Positions 26,766 to 40,597 of a stretch of 64,000 bases of DNA are shown piece after piece (positions within the stretch are counted from its first letter, which is position 1; each line of letters opens with the position of its first letter). The stretch covers positions 58,590,001 to 58,654,000 of the forward strand of contig OX597825.1 in assembly GCA_951406725.2 (NCBI GenBank). The letters are read 5' to 3'. The DNA comes from Octopus vulgaris (Eukaryota). A model generated the notes under the pieces. It saw only the letters and a program-made list of their open reading frames with translations. It searched no databases and had not been told where the DNA came from. The translations under genes were made by a program, and so were the position numbers.

Positions 26766-27230
26766 CTACCTGCCTCTCTCTCTTTCACTCTCTCTCTCTC
26801 TATATATATATATAAAGAGAAAGAGAAGGTGTGCGGCCTGGCGGTCAGGGCGTTGCATTCATGATTGCCAGATCGTCGTTTCGATTCCCTGACTGGGCGG
26901 TGCGTTGTGTCCCTAAACAAAGCACTTCATTTCACGTTGCCCTAGTCCACTAAACTGTAAACGGGTAAAACTGCGACGGACTATCCTTCCGATCAGGGGA
27001 CTGTTGGTCTACTCGCTTAGCCAGTGGCGGGGTGGGAGGGGGAACATCATTCGAAAGTTAAAACGATGTAAAGTGCATTTTGACCAGCGATGTATAACAA
27101 CATCCGATACTCTGGTCGAACACGATCACATGATATTATTATTGAGTGCGAGATCAGTGTATGCCATTAAAGTGACACCAAGGTAAAATATACAAAGCCG
27201 ATCGTGATTACTCGTCTGATAAAGGTACAC

Positions 27231-27970
27231 CGGATCTTTACCTTTTGACCGGCAGATTTAAAAAATAATTTTTTGTTATTAAACGCTTTCAAACTTCGTA
27301 TACTGGTAGAATGTGTCATATAAAACATCTTTCACTCTTAGCGTTTTTGAGAAAACTTTATATTTACGAAGTTATTTCGTGTTAAAGTTGTCGTATTTCG
27401 GTAATTTCAACCAATCAGTGACGTTTATTCAGCTGAATAACATTACTGCCGTTGTTTATCAACAACAACTATCGGCGGTGTATATTTCGTTTGTCACTGT
27501 TATTTATGACATCGTTCGTGTGTTTGTACTGGTTTTAGCTTTAAGGTTAGGGTTAGGGTTTTAGGGTTAGGATTAGTGTTACGGTTTTAGGGTTAGGGTT
27601 AAGATTTTAGGGTTAGGGTTGGGGTTTTAAGGCTAGGGTTGGGGTTTTAGGGTTAGAGTTACGGAAAAAATGGAAAATGAAGAACTTGGAGGGGTAGGGT
27701 AGGGGGCAAAAAGTATTTCTGAAAATAGTAGCTAAAAAACAGGAAAAAAAAAAACTAAAAGCAGTAAGAAATGCACGAACGATTATGGTGGTACCATGAA
27801 ATAAACATGCTTCAGATACATTCGTTTATTCATACAAACATAACTGAGATGAAATATGTCATGAATAAACAGTGACAAACGAAATATACACCGCCGGAAG
27901 TTCTTGTTGAGAAACAACAGCAGTAATTTCATTCAGCTGAATACACGTCATTGATTGGTTGAAATTGCAC
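27231..27970. mobile_element. Foldback element with long inverted arms and central telomere-like (TTAGGG) array
   Basis: Left terminus ggatctttaccttttgaccggcag. Arm 27400-27512 is inverted at 27856-27968. Central tagggttagggtt repeats at 27540-27660. Confidence 0.7.
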
Positions 27971-27974
27971 ATGA

Positions 27975-28355
27975 ACTTGCAGATGGGGCTCAGTTAGAAT
28001 TTTCATCAGGTCAATTAGCCCATCCCGCTCAGAGGTCCTTGAATAAGGTTTAAGGATATTGAACAAAACACCCATGTTTCTAGGGGTGAATTATTCAAAC
28101 TCCAAAGAATTCCTCTCAGTACATGGCTATGATGCTCCCCCACCACTTCTGCTCGTGATCAAATATGCACATATCGTCAGCCACCAAGGGACATGTTCAA
28201 CTAGTTATGGTAAAGCAACTGTTAAGCAAATCTGTGGTATTGAGCAGAATATTTGCTGTAGCCCATCTTTTATACTAAGACAACACATGTACATGGTAAC
28301 ACTCCGATCAGAAGCCATGAGAGCCACTGCTTGGTACTGCATCAGGGCATTCAAA
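27975..28355 (-). mobile_element. Unclassified interspersed repeat (second partial copy at 22470-22640, plus)
   Basis: Shared sequence ctcaataccacagatttgctt...tgatcacgagcag in opposite orientations. Confidence 0.6.
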
Positions 28356-28513
28356 ATTACTATTAATATTATTATTATTATTATTATCATATTTTTATTT
28401 TTTTTAAGGATTGACGTAACTCTTCGAGCGCGATGCGATTGAAATGAATATTTTATTGGTTGAACCAATAAAATATCTATCTATTGCAATCGCATCGCAC
28501 TCTTCGTCTTGTC

Positions 28514-28546
<33 letters not shown>

Positions 28547-29274
28547 ATATTTGTACATACTTGATATATACATACTGAATAGCATGTATTGTGACTAATT
28601 AGTAATAATTATAGTAATTTAAAAACATTTGACGACATCGGAATTTCGATGGCCTTGGATATATAATGATGAAGTATGATTTAATTAATGTAAGAAGTTT
28701 GCACAATCGTGTCTGCTAAGTTATTGAATTAAGAGACATAGTAATTAAAGACGTCCAAAATGCAAATAAGAAAATAATGATCAAGTATAGTTTAATGTAA
28801 GTGAAGAAGCGTATGGCATTTTAGTTAAGGAACCTAGTAGTCATACGGGTATTAGCTGCGTAGAGTCGATACACAATACTTAGTTATGATAAAATCGGAA
28901 AGTTCTGAAGAATCGGTGAACGCGAGTGATAAAAGCTTCACCTTGGCAGTTCAATAGGTAATAGAGGCTGATGCTTTAAACCTACATTTATGTTCGATTT
29001 TTTCGAAGATAAATTGCACGGGTCATTATTTCTTTGATATTTCTTTGATATCATCCAGTATTGATGATAGATCAAATAATACTACATGGTATGCTATTAT
29101 CTTTTAGGTTATGTATGTGGTTGGTTACCTTCTGAGGTAGGATTATTGCATTTTGTGGAAGTAAATGAGCTAAGGTAAACTCAATATCGACGTTTAATTC
29201 TAACCGTGACACCGATATATATTTTAATGGCGTTCTGTTATTTGTTAAAGATACTGCATTTATAAACCACATAA

Positions 29275-30060
29275 GCGCAGGCGTGCTAACCACATTGTTT
29301 CGGGTTCAGTTCCACTGCGTGTCACCTTCGGTAAGTGTCTTCTACTATAGCCTCGGGCTGACCAAAGCCTTGTGAGTGGATTTGGTAGACAGAATCTGAA
29401 AGAAACCCATCGTGTTTGTGCGTGTGATATATATATATATATATATATATATTAATAATATATCCTTATTATTAATATAAGGAAATTAATATCCAAACTC
29501 ACCATAAAGATATACCCATGTGAAAATACTTATTGTATTAAAATATATATAAATAAATAAATAAATATATATAAAAACATATGTAAATATCTATAAAAAT
29601 ATAATGTATAAATAAATTTGGTAGTTTAAAAGTTTTGAATTAATTAGATAAAGCATCTTACGATCGTTTCACAGAAGAGTTGTCCCGATAATGAAATCCT
29701 ATATTGATAAGCATTTATAGACAACTCTTCTGCTCTTCAGAGATATAAAATATGAATATTCTATAATATATCGAATGATAGTTTTTTTTTAAATTTGAAA
29801 TAAAACTGTAAAATGGTGTTTGTTATATATATATATACACGTGTGTGTGTCTTTATGTCTGTGCTTGTCTCTCCATCACCGTTTGACAACCGGTGTTAGT
29901 GTGTTTACGTTCCCGTAGAATAGCGGTTCGGCAGAAGAGACCGATAGAATACGAAGCTTAAGAAATAAAATCCTGGGGTCTATTTGTTCGACTAACACCC
30001 CTTCAAGGTGGTGCTCCAGCATGACTGCAATCAAATGATTGAAGCAAGTAAAAGAATAAA
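29275..30060 (+). mobile_element. Family A SINE split by an AT-rich Penelope-like insert (~29450-29830)
   Basis: The 5' half (29275-29425) and 3' half (29845-30060) of the SINE are separated at its internal microsatellite. Confidence 0.7.
29655..29744 (-). ncRNA. Minimal type I hammerhead ribozyme (Penelope-like), essentially intact core
   Basis: Minus strand: atct-CTGAAGA-G-cagaagagttgtc-loop-gacaactcttctg-T-GAAA-cgatcg-TA-agat. 13-bp helix II, palindromic helix III (ACGATCGT) and a GUA cleavage triplet. Confidence 0.8.
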
Positions 30061-31659
30061 TGAATATAATTACACGACAATTTACATTTAAGGGGCAATT
30101 AGTAGGTATCCTACAATTGCATTTCTTTCTGATAAAGCTGGAAGACCAAAGAAGTGACAAGTGTGCATGTTTGCATCGTGTCTGAAGTAATTTCAGGTTG
30201 TTGGCATAGTGGCCATCTTGAGTTATTTCCATACTGCTGTCTTATTTGATGCTTTTGCAAATATCGTCAAACTGACGTAGCTTCCATGAATTTATAAAAC
30301 GAATGCCCTCATCTAAAGGTTGCATTTCTTCCTTGTGGTTACATGTGTAATATACGCTTAACCAAGCATGGTCCATCAGAGAACTTTCATACGACTACTG
30401 GAACGGCTAGAGATAGTTAAATCTCCTTTAAATCACACTCGACCGTAATAAGAAACGGACGTACATTTTGGATCAGGCAAACCTAAATATATCGTCTGAA
30501 ATATAAATAAAGAAAAGAAATGATGAGATGGTCGTTGTTGGCAAGCTTTTGATCTTATGATGATTTGGTAGCAACAACTAAAACAGAAACAACATTGACT
30601 GCAACTGTTCATACGAACCTAGGTACAGATGTATATATTGAAGCAGGCATGTGAATAATTGGAGAGACTTAATCAGCCTACCTCTTCAACACACTGTCAC
30701 CTGGTCTTTGGTTGCCTTTAGCAGAATCTAGTCTGCTGGAATCAATAAAACCAGGCTTCTGATTCGGGGATGAGCTTCTTCCGTTCCTCCTGCCAGTATC
30801 GGAAGTCCGGCAACGGTCATCTGCACCGCTTTTCCTTCCTCCTTTTTGGCCATAAAGAAATGAATAGCATCGACGACATCCAATATTATTACCTTGCAGA
30901 GAAAGAGAGAGAGACAGTAAGAGGGGGAGAGAGTGAGATGCAGTGTATTCTTATATTATCTGTGCAAATGATCTTGCCTCCATTTGAACGAGGCTATTAT
31001 ATTGTTGAAAGAAAACACAGAAGATAGAAGCAACGCAACGGCGACGACGACTATAACAGCAACAGAAGATCAAACGTTGTTCAATGACTGAAACCAGTAA
31101 AAGAATAAAATAAAATGATATAGTGATACTTGCTTTCATAATACATACATGCATATATGCATATATAATACATATATTCACGTGGTGTATTCTTTTTCTT
31201 TTCTTCTTAGGGGGAGAGGTGCTTGTATGTTTGTATGCATGAGTGTGTGTATGTATGTATGGGTACATTTATGTATGTGTTTATATTGGAATGTATGTAT
31301 ATATACAAGCGTATGGATGTGCATGTATTTCTGTGTGTGTGTGTGTGTCTGTGTACTTGCGTGTGTCACTCTGTATTTAGGTACATTAGAAAGATACAGA
31401 AAGAAAACGTGTATGTGTGCATGTTTGTGCATGTGTGTGTGTGTTTATGTTTGCGTGTGTGTATTGATTAACAAGTGTTACGACACTCACACACACACAC
31501 ACACACACACCTACAAAATCACCAACAAACTAACCAGACTACCATCCGACATGTACTTCGATTCATATTCAATAATTGAGACAGTGCTTTATATGTGTCT
31601 GCGTGTGTGTGTGTATTTATGTATGTATATAATGTATGCATTTATATGTGTCATATCTA

Positions 31660-31667
31660 TATATCTA

Positions 31668-31712
<45 letters not shown>

Positions 31713-31774
31713 TGTGTGTGCATATATACATATATACATTATATATATATATATGCATCTGTGTGCATATATAC

Positions 31775-31816
<42 letters not shown>

Positions 31817-31834
31817 TCATATATGTGTGCATAT

Positions 31835-31877
<43 letters not shown>

Positions 31878-31966
31878 TCTGTGTGCATATATACATATAT
31901 ACATATATATATATATATGCATATATATACATATATATATATATATGCATGTGTGTGCATATATAC

Positions 31967-32018
<52 letters not shown>

Positions 32019-32020
32019 CA
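31660..32020. repeat. Compound (TA)n array with recurring gcatctgtgtgcatatatac units
   Basis: Directly visible; accounts for the 367-aa low-complexity ORF. Confidence 0.9.
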
Positions 32021-32091
32021 CTTTTGTTTCTTTCACAAAAAGAATGTGTGTTTGTATAAATGTGTCCCTTGTATAAGTGTGTGTGTGTGTG

Positions 32092-32130
<39 letters not shown>

Positions 32131-32469
32131 TGTTTATACACATGAATGTATGTGTGCATGTTTATGCATGCAATATTAGGCGGTTTTGTCCAATCACAAC
32201 TCGTGCGCACGTGCAGCATACGCACGCTGTACACAGGGGAATGTTTACGTAAGTTCATAAACTGCCGGTTCAAGACATCAATAGAGGAACAAGAATCACA
32301 GCAACAACAAAAAAAGTGATAATTGCAACAATAATGTCAGCAACAAATATGTACATTAATAATTGAAACACGTTATCTTCTTCCATATATACATACATAC
32401 ATCATACATGCGTAAATACACACATACACATATATTACATATATGTATATATACTCTTTACTCTTACTC

Positions 32470-32693
32470 TCTCTCTTTTACTCTTTTACTTGTTTCAGTC
32501 ATTTGTCTGCAGCCATGCTGGAGCACTGCCTTTAGTCGAGCAAATCGACCCCAGGACTTATTCTTTGTATTCCTAGTACCTATTCTATCGGTATCTTTAG
32601 CCGAACCACTAAGTTACGGGGACGTAAACACACCAGCATCGGTTGCCAAGCGATGTTAGGGGGACAAACAAAGACACAGAAACATATACAAAC

Positions 32694-32768
<75 letters not shown>

Positions 32769-32932
32769 TACGACGGGCTTCTTTCAGTTTCCGTCTACCA
32801 AATCCATTCGCAAGGCTTTGGTCGGCCCGAGGCTATAGTGAAAGACACTTGCCCTAGGTGCCACGCAGTGGACTGAACCCGGAACCCTGTGGTTCGTAAG
32901 CAAGCTACTTACCACACAGCCACTCCTGCGCC
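32470..32932 (-). mobile_element. SINE family A, full length
   Basis: Complete reverse complement from ggcgcaggagtggctg to aagtaaaagag. Confidence 0.9.
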
Positions 32933-33568
32933 ATATATATATATATACACACACACATATACACATATATATATATACATACACACACACAAACATATAT
33001 ATATATATACATACATACACATTAGTTATTATTTTTACATATATATCTTACCTATCTATTTATTTATCTTATCTATCTCTCCATTATGTTTGTGTGGAGG
33101 GGTGTACTTAATTGCTGTTCAAATATACCCTCTTGTATTGTACACACGTAAATGTCTGTAAAAGTTTGCCGTACCATCTTTAAAACAACAAAAACAAAGC
33201 AAGCAATCAGTGAAAGAAGAGGCCGACAAAGAACAACAACAACAACAACAACAAAGACTTCAGTCATAATAATGACTACAACAACAAAGCCGGTTTCGAC
33301 AAAAAGCCTGATAAAGTTGAAAGAACAAAGAAGTGATAGGTGTCCATGTTTGCATTGTGTCTGATGTAATTTCAGGTTGTTGGCAGTACATTGGCCATCT
33401 TGAATCATTACCGTTCTGCTGCCTCATTTAGCGCTCTTGTAAATACCAAATTGAGCTGGTTTTTTGTTTCATGAATTTATAAAACGAATGCCCTCGTCTA
33501 ATGTTTACAAGAGGCATATACACTAATAATTTAAACACATTCTTTTCTTCCATTAATTCGATCGTAAT

Positions 33569-33625
<57 letters not shown>

Positions 33626-33654
33626 TGCATATATACATACATATATGTACATAC

Positions 33655-33742
<88 letters not shown>

Positions 33743-33974
33743 GCATATATGGGTACAGGACATCGAAAAAACGTTGAACACAATGAGAAACGAAAACGTA
33801 AAAACAAAACATAGAAACGAACTTTTTTCGAACAATAAAAATAAAAAAAAAAAAAGAAATGAAATATACAACATAAAGAATATCCCCCTTCTTCAGTTGT
33901 CCCTGTTTCATCTACTCCGCGTTATGAAGGCAAGGATATACATACATACATACATACATACATACATACATACA

Positions 33975-34006
<32 letters not shown>

Positions 34007-35168
34007 CGAGGGACGTTCAATAAGTAATGCCCCTGACCCACTTGCATTTGTTTGATCTAGCTGAAATGGTGCATGTGCAAAAATTTATATCTCTATAGAT
34101 TAAGTGGCAAATTACAGCTCTGAACAAATTGTGGTTTCTGATTTACAAGTGTTTGAACTGAGTCAAGTGTGAAATGGAGCCTGTTGAGTGTCGAGCAGTG
34201 ATTCGGTTTTTGTATTTGAAAGGACGCACACCACAGAAGACTTTTGATGAAATGAAAGTAACTTATGGTTTTGATGCCCCATCATATGACCTTGTAAAAC
34301 GCTGGAATCGTGAATACAAACATGGTCGGAACTCTGTGGAAACAGCTCCCAAATCTGGTAGCTCCCCCTTCTGCCATTGATGAGGCATCTGTCCTCATCA
34401 AAAGACAAATAGCCCATGAGGTCAAGATTAGTACCGGGTCTGTGGAAACTATCATTCATGACCATTTGCATATGCAAAAGGTGTCTGCCAGATGGATTCC
34501 CAGGTTGCTCACACCTTTCCAGAAGCAAGAACGCGTCGAGTGCTCGAGGATGAATTTGGAGATGTGCAAAGAAGATGAGTCAAATTTTTTCAAAAGACTG
34601 ATTACACGGGATGAAACCTGGGTCCATCACTATGATCCAGAGACCAAAGCCCAGTCAATGCAGTGGAAGCACCGTGACTCACCTCCTCCAAAGAAGGCAA
34701 GGGTGCAGCCCTCCGCTAGCAAGGTCATGCTCACAGTCTTCTGGGACCAGGACGGAGTAGTAATGACAGATTTCCTGGCAAAGGGTACCACAATTACAGG
34801 AGCCTATTATGTTTCACTTTCGAGGAAATTAAGAGAAGCTATCAAAATCAAGAGGCGGGGCAAGATCAGCAAAGGCATCCTCCTCTTGCAGGACAACGCT
34901 CCGGTCCACAACTCAGTTGTCGCCAGATCAGAAGCACAGGCGTGCGGCTATGAAATCCTCTCCTGACCTTACACCCTCTGATTTTCACGTCTTTCCAGCC
35001 ATGAAGTTGTTTTTGAAAGGAAAGCGTTTCCCAGATGATGCAGCCTTGATTTCTGAAGTCACGTCGTGGTTGGAGGACCAAGCTGGGGTCTTCTACAAAA
35101 ACCGGTCTCCAGAGCTGCATCAAACGATGGGAGAAATGCGTAACTCTGGGTGGTTCCTATGTAGAAAA

Positions 35169-35172
<4 letters not shown>
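34007..35172 (+). mobile_element. Mariner (DD34D) transposon, 3'-truncated, with frameshifted transposase
   Basis: TA plus left TIR cgagggacgttcaataagtaatgc. Transposase starts at ATG 34174 and carries WIPRLL, ITRDETWVHHYDPE, QDNAPVH and SPDLTPSDF motifs across three or more frames; it ends YVEKD into (TA)n. No right TIR seen. Confidence 0.93.
34174..35172 (+). pseudogene. Mariner transposase pseudogene
   Basis: ORFs 34174-34380, 34310-34966 and 34917-35234 are pieces of one transposase broken by deletions and frameshifts. Confidence 0.88.
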
Positions 35173-35228
<56 letters not shown>

Positions 35229-35796
35229 ACATAAACTTGATTTGTTCGCGTTTTAGGGTATAGGGTAGTGAGTTTAATTCCCCCTTGTTTTTCAAAAATC
35301 CTCCCTAAATCACAAAATAAGTGGTGTGGGGCTATTTTTCAAATCCTGGCAGCAATATTGAAGTTGGAAGCAGGATAATAATCTAGTTGTACACTTTATC
35401 ACATTCAAGAATATAAATATGTTTTTAAGCACAACACACGCGGAGTCAAAAAGAAACATTACCTTTCACCCAGCACTGTCGTTCTCGCAGTGCTCCCTTT
35501 CACTTGTGTGAAGCTTCCTATCTCAGAAATGTGAGCATGCGCACAACAGCCAAACACCGCATCGCTGGAAATGTGAGGCGCACAGTTTTACACAAGGATT
35601 TTTTTTTTCATAAACTAGGGGATGGCTACTGACATTAAGCTTAAAGATTATATAATGTACAAGTAGAAAGAAAGAATTAAAGAAAAAAAAAGGACTCGTT
35701 ATTTTGAATGTTATCGATAATATCGAGTGGAAACAGGGGGTGCTGCAGTTCCTATACACGAGCTTCCACTATCTATTACACAATATTACATATAGC

Positions 35797-35980
35797 CGTA
35801 TTTCGTCTGTCGTTACGTTCCGAGTTCAAATTCCGCCGAGGTCGACTTTGCCTTTCATCCTCTCGGGGTCGATAAATTAAGTACCAGTTACGCACTGGGG
35901 TCGATATAATCGACTTAATCCCTTTGTCTGTCCTTGTTTGTCCCCTCTGTGTTTAGCCCCTTGTGGGTAGTAAAGAAATA
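35797..35980 (+). mobile_element. 5'-truncated family B SINE with target-site duplication
   Basis: aatattacatata flanks both sides (about 35782 and 35981). Confidence 0.85.
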
Positions 35981-36130
35981 AATATTACATATACCATGCC
36001 TGACGAACAGGAACATGAAGCTTTGAATAACAGTTTTTATGATAATTTTGCAACGTTAATAAAAGCATATTACTCTACCTTTACTATTCAAGTACTATTT
36101 TCCCACCTTGTTTTGCACGTATGTGCTCAC

Positions 36131-36166
<36 letters not shown>

Positions 36167-36890
36167 ATAAAGAAGGAGAGAGTGAGTGAGAGAAATACAA
36201 GTATATCAAATACTATATAATATAAATTCATGATATATCAAAATTATCTCAACCTCGGGAAGATATGTTACAGTTGCTAAACAACGGTTGAAACCAACTC
36301 AGTGTGAGGCGGAAAGACAATCTCAAGAATCCTCAAAAGTTGACATCCTATCAAGGGAGATTACAGGCTTCTTGTCTGAAGATAAGGGAAGAGTCTGGAA
36401 CGTGTTTCTGTTTGCACCCCTCAGTGTCATCTGCGTGATAATTGTCCTAACCTACCTCCAGCAACTAAGGGACATAGACATAAGAAGAAAAAAACCGAAT
36501 AGAACAGCTTTCTGGCCTACATAATTTGCATACATATCATCATCATTTAATGTCTGTTTTCCATGCTGGCATGGATTGGACGGTTTGACAGGAGCTAGCA
36601 ATCTGGAGGGCTGCACAAGGCACCAGTTAGCTATTTTGGCATAATTAGATGTCCTTCCTAATGCCAAACACTTTACAGGGTGAACTGGGTGCTCACCCCG
36701 TGGTGCTGGCACGGGTGTTTTTTTTTTTTCACGTGGTGTCAACACTGGGCTCTTTACGTGACACCGGCACGGGTGCTCTTTATGTGGCGCCGGTAGGTAT
36801 AAGCATAATGTATACCAATGTATATGGTATATGCGTGTATTAGATATTTGCATATACTTATGCATCCATGTATGTATGTATGCATGTATG

Positions 36891-36930
<40 letters not shown>

Positions 36931-37024
36931 CACACACTCTTCAACCTCTATTATATATATATATATATATATTCTTTTATATGTTTCAGCCTTAAAGCTG
37001 CGGCCATGCTGGAGCACCGCCTTA

Positions 37025-37082
<58 letters not shown>

Positions 37083-37410
37083 ACACATATCGGTAATACT
37101 TTGTTCTGCAAAACACATACACACATACACATATATATAAATTTCCTCTATTTACATAATATTGAGGTCTCTTTCTTTCTTTTGTTATCTTACCGTTTTT
37201 ACCAATATATATATATATATATATATATAACAACCTATATATGCATATGTACCAGACGTTTTCTGTCAATGGCCTGCCTGCACATATATACTGCACTAGT
37301 TATGGGTATGCTGTATCGACCATTCTGGATATTAATATCGATTCTTCTGTATTTATTAACACCAGTGTAAACATTTCTACTTACTTCCATTATCACCGCG
37401 CGCTCGCGCA

Positions 37411-37445
<35 letters not shown>

Positions 37446-37979
37446 CATACTTTGCAAACAGATGAATATGTCACGTGGCGTGTTTCACCTGCATTCTTAA
37501 AAAAAAAGCAGCCCGAGCAAATAGTTACGTATTCATGCGGAATAAAGGAATATGAGTTTATGAGAATGTGGCATGTTTATGACATTCTCAAACATCAGCT
37601 TTCAATAAGATGTGTATGGACGTGTATGTGTGTGTGAGCGTGTGTGTATGTATCTGTGTTGTCTCTCTGTGTCCGTGTGTTCGGCTCTATGTGTTTTAAC
37701 AAGAGTGTACGCGCATGCAAGCTTGTGTTTGCATCTGTATTTCAACCAGAAAATGCGTGTATTTTACTGTGTTTGCTTGTGTGTATGTGTTTGTGTGTGT
37801 AAGTCCTTATGATGGAAGAAATAGGTGAGGAAGACCGAGGCTAAAAGTACATGGACAAGCTCACACTAACCCAAAACATTTGAAAACTGCAGGGAATTGC
37901 AACGAATGAGTGTTAATCTTTCTACAAGACCCTAAAAGACCATGGATTTGGATCATCATCAAGAACTGAGAGTAAAGAC

Positions 37980-38395
37980 AGGAAGCTGGCAGAAACATTA
38001 GCACACCGGACGAAATGCTTAGCGGTATTTCGTCTGTCGCTACGTTCTGAGTTCAAATTCCGCCGAGGTCGACTTTGCCTTTCATCCTTTCGGGGTCGAT
38101 AAATTAAGTACCAGTTAGGCACTGGGGTCGATGTAATTGACTTAATCCGTTTGTCTGTCCTTGTTTGTCCCCTCTGTGTTTAGCCCCTTGTGGATAGTAT
38201 AGAAATAGGTATTTCATATGCCGCTACGTTCTGAGTTCAAATTCCGCCGAAGTCGACTTTGCCTTTCATCCTTTCGGAGTCGATTAAATAAGTACCAGTT
38301 ACGCACTGGGGTCGATATAAACGACTTAATCCGTTTGTCTGTCCTTGTTTGTCCCCTCTGTGTGTAGCCCCTTGTGGGCAGTAAAGAAATAAGTA
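37980..38395 (+). mobile_element. Family B SINE dimer
   Basis: Two tandem cores; the second starts at gtatttcatatgccgctacg. Confidence 0.85.
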
Positions 38396-38572
38396 AAGAC
38401 ACAGTCTCGCTCTGACATGCTAGCTACTTTATATAACAATCTTCAGTCCTATCTGTGGACTTCAAAGAAAATCGTCGGCCAGATTTGACTCCTATAAAGT
38501 ACATGAACATCAGAACTGAAAAATAATGTCTGTAGGATCCTCGTATGTTGAAATCGACAAGAGAACCCATTA

Positions 38573-38636
<64 letters not shown>

Positions 38637-38771
38637 CGTGCGTGTGTGTGCGTGCGTGCGTGCGTACGTGCGTGTGTGTAGGCAAAGCAAAAAGAAACAC
38701 AACGGAAGTCAAAAAGTACATGTGAATGTATTATGTTGACGCTCAGTTAAAATGGGAAAAAGAAGTGGGGG

Positions 38772-38808
38772 TAACGTTTCGAGCTTGAGCTTGGCTCTTC
38801 GTCAGAAA
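38772..38808 (-). ncRNA. Minimal hammerhead-like motif with broken helix I
   Basis: Minus strand CTGACGA-a-gagc-caagctcaa-gctc-GAAA-cgt-TA; the flanks do not pair. Confidence 0.45.
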
Positions 38809-38818
38809 GAGGAAGATG

Positions 38819-38857
<39 letters not shown>

Positions 38858-39339
38858 TATATCGTCGCTGGTGTAGGTGTGTTGAGGGCCTCCATAATAC
38901 GAATATAATCCGTCCCGCAACCCAGTCCATTAACCAAATTGTTCGTTGCATAAGGAATAGAAATTGGTAAGAATAGGGATAATTTGTCTCAAACCACACC
39001 CAAATTCCACAAAAAGGCAAGAAATGGTGCTTTATTTGTCCATTCATTAATAGTAAATACATAACTATATACGTACATTGTGCGTTGTATGTATGCATGT
39101 GTGTGAGTGAGTGTGTGGGTGTGTTTTTTTTTCTTTCGTCATGCTTCTGTCGATGTACGAGTAGGCTTTTAGCAAAAAATATAAGAAATATTATTCACTA
39201 ATTAAAATATGAAAACTTGCGAACTACATCAGATGCGTACGTGGGTATTAACGAACCGCTTTCAGCTCGCTGGCTCATTACACGCGTGCGCGCGCGTGCA
39301 CACACACATGTTCAGACATACATACAGATAAACGCACAA

Positions 39340-39341
<2 letters not shown>

Positions 39342-39381
<40 letters not shown>

Positions 39382-39561
39382 GATAGGTAGGTAGATAGAT
39401 AGATAGATAGATAGATAGATGATAGGTAGGTAGGTAGGTAGGTAGGTAGATAGATAGATAGATAGATAGATAGATGGGTAGGTAGATAGATAGGTAGGTA
39501 GGTAGGTAGATAGATAGATAGATAGATAGATAGATGATAGGTAGGTAGGTAGGTAGGTAGG

Positions 39562-39598
<37 letters not shown>

Positions 39599-39625
39599 GG
39601 GTAGGTAGATAGATAGGTAGGTAGG

Positions 39626-39681
<56 letters not shown>

Positions 39682-39700
39682 CAGACAAACATACATACAC
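39342..39700. repeat. (GATA)n/(GGTA)n tetranucleotide array
   Basis: Directly visible. Confidence 0.95.
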
Positions 39701-39954
39701 ACACACGTACATTTATAAAACGCCGTACAAAATGACAGCTTCCATATCCTATTTCCTGACTGGTTGAAAATGATCAAACTTTAAACCTCTGTAACTTTTT
39801 AAAAACATTTTTTTCTGGAAAAAGTGAAATAACTGCTTCATTTCAGCTTGGAAAAGTGTATTAATGTGCCAAATTTTAAAATTTTCGATAAACTTTAAAT
39901 TTTGAAATGCTGGCAGCCAAATTAGATCCTTCTTTTGTTGATATATTTATAAAC

Positions 39955-40282
39955 CTCGTCTGCCGTTACGTTCTGAATTCAAATTCCGTGGAGATCGGCT
40001 TTGCCTTTCATCCTTTCGGGGTCGATGTAATCGACTTAACCCCTTTGTCTGTACTTGTTTGTCCCCTCTATGTTTAGCCTCCTGTGGGCTATAAAGAAAT
40101 AAATATTTTTATAAACCTCATCTGAAGTTACGTTCTGAGATCAAATTCCGCCAAGGTCGATTTTGTCTTTCATCCTTTTTGGGGGTCGATAAATTAAGTA
40201 CCAGTTGCGTACTGGGAGTCGATCTATTCGATTGTTCCCCTCCCTCAAAATTTCGGGACTTGTGTCTTGAGTAGAAAGGAAT
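39955..40282 (+). mobile_element. Family B SINE dimer with triplicated target sequence
   Basis: tttataaacct occurs before, between and after the two units. Confidence 0.8.
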
Positions 40283-40597
40283 ATCTTTATAAACCTATCA
40301 CATTCGATTTACACGATTTCGATTTATAAGTTGACTCGCCGAACTCATCTACCATATGAATCGGGAGACATTTATGTATAGTAATCACCTCTAATTGTAC
40401 ACACATACATAACTACATACACTCGCATTTATTTATTAAAACTATCTCCGCCTCTAGAGGCTAGGTTATTAGATTTAATAAAGGATGAGAACTGTGATGT
40501 TGTGGCATTCATTCATTCATGAATCAAGAAATCTAGTGACATCTGCTGAAGTAAAATTACTTTGTCAAATCACTGATTCAGCTCATGATCCCAAAGT

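Noticed and set aside
27540-27660. True telomere or chromosome-fusion site
   Set aside because: The repeats are short, degenerate and enclosed in a dispersed foldback element.
31149-32252. 367-aa ORF and the many YI/CV/HT/LSIY-rich ORFs
   Set aside because: Translations of (TA)n, (CA)n and (GATA)n microsatellites, with no domain content or splice support.
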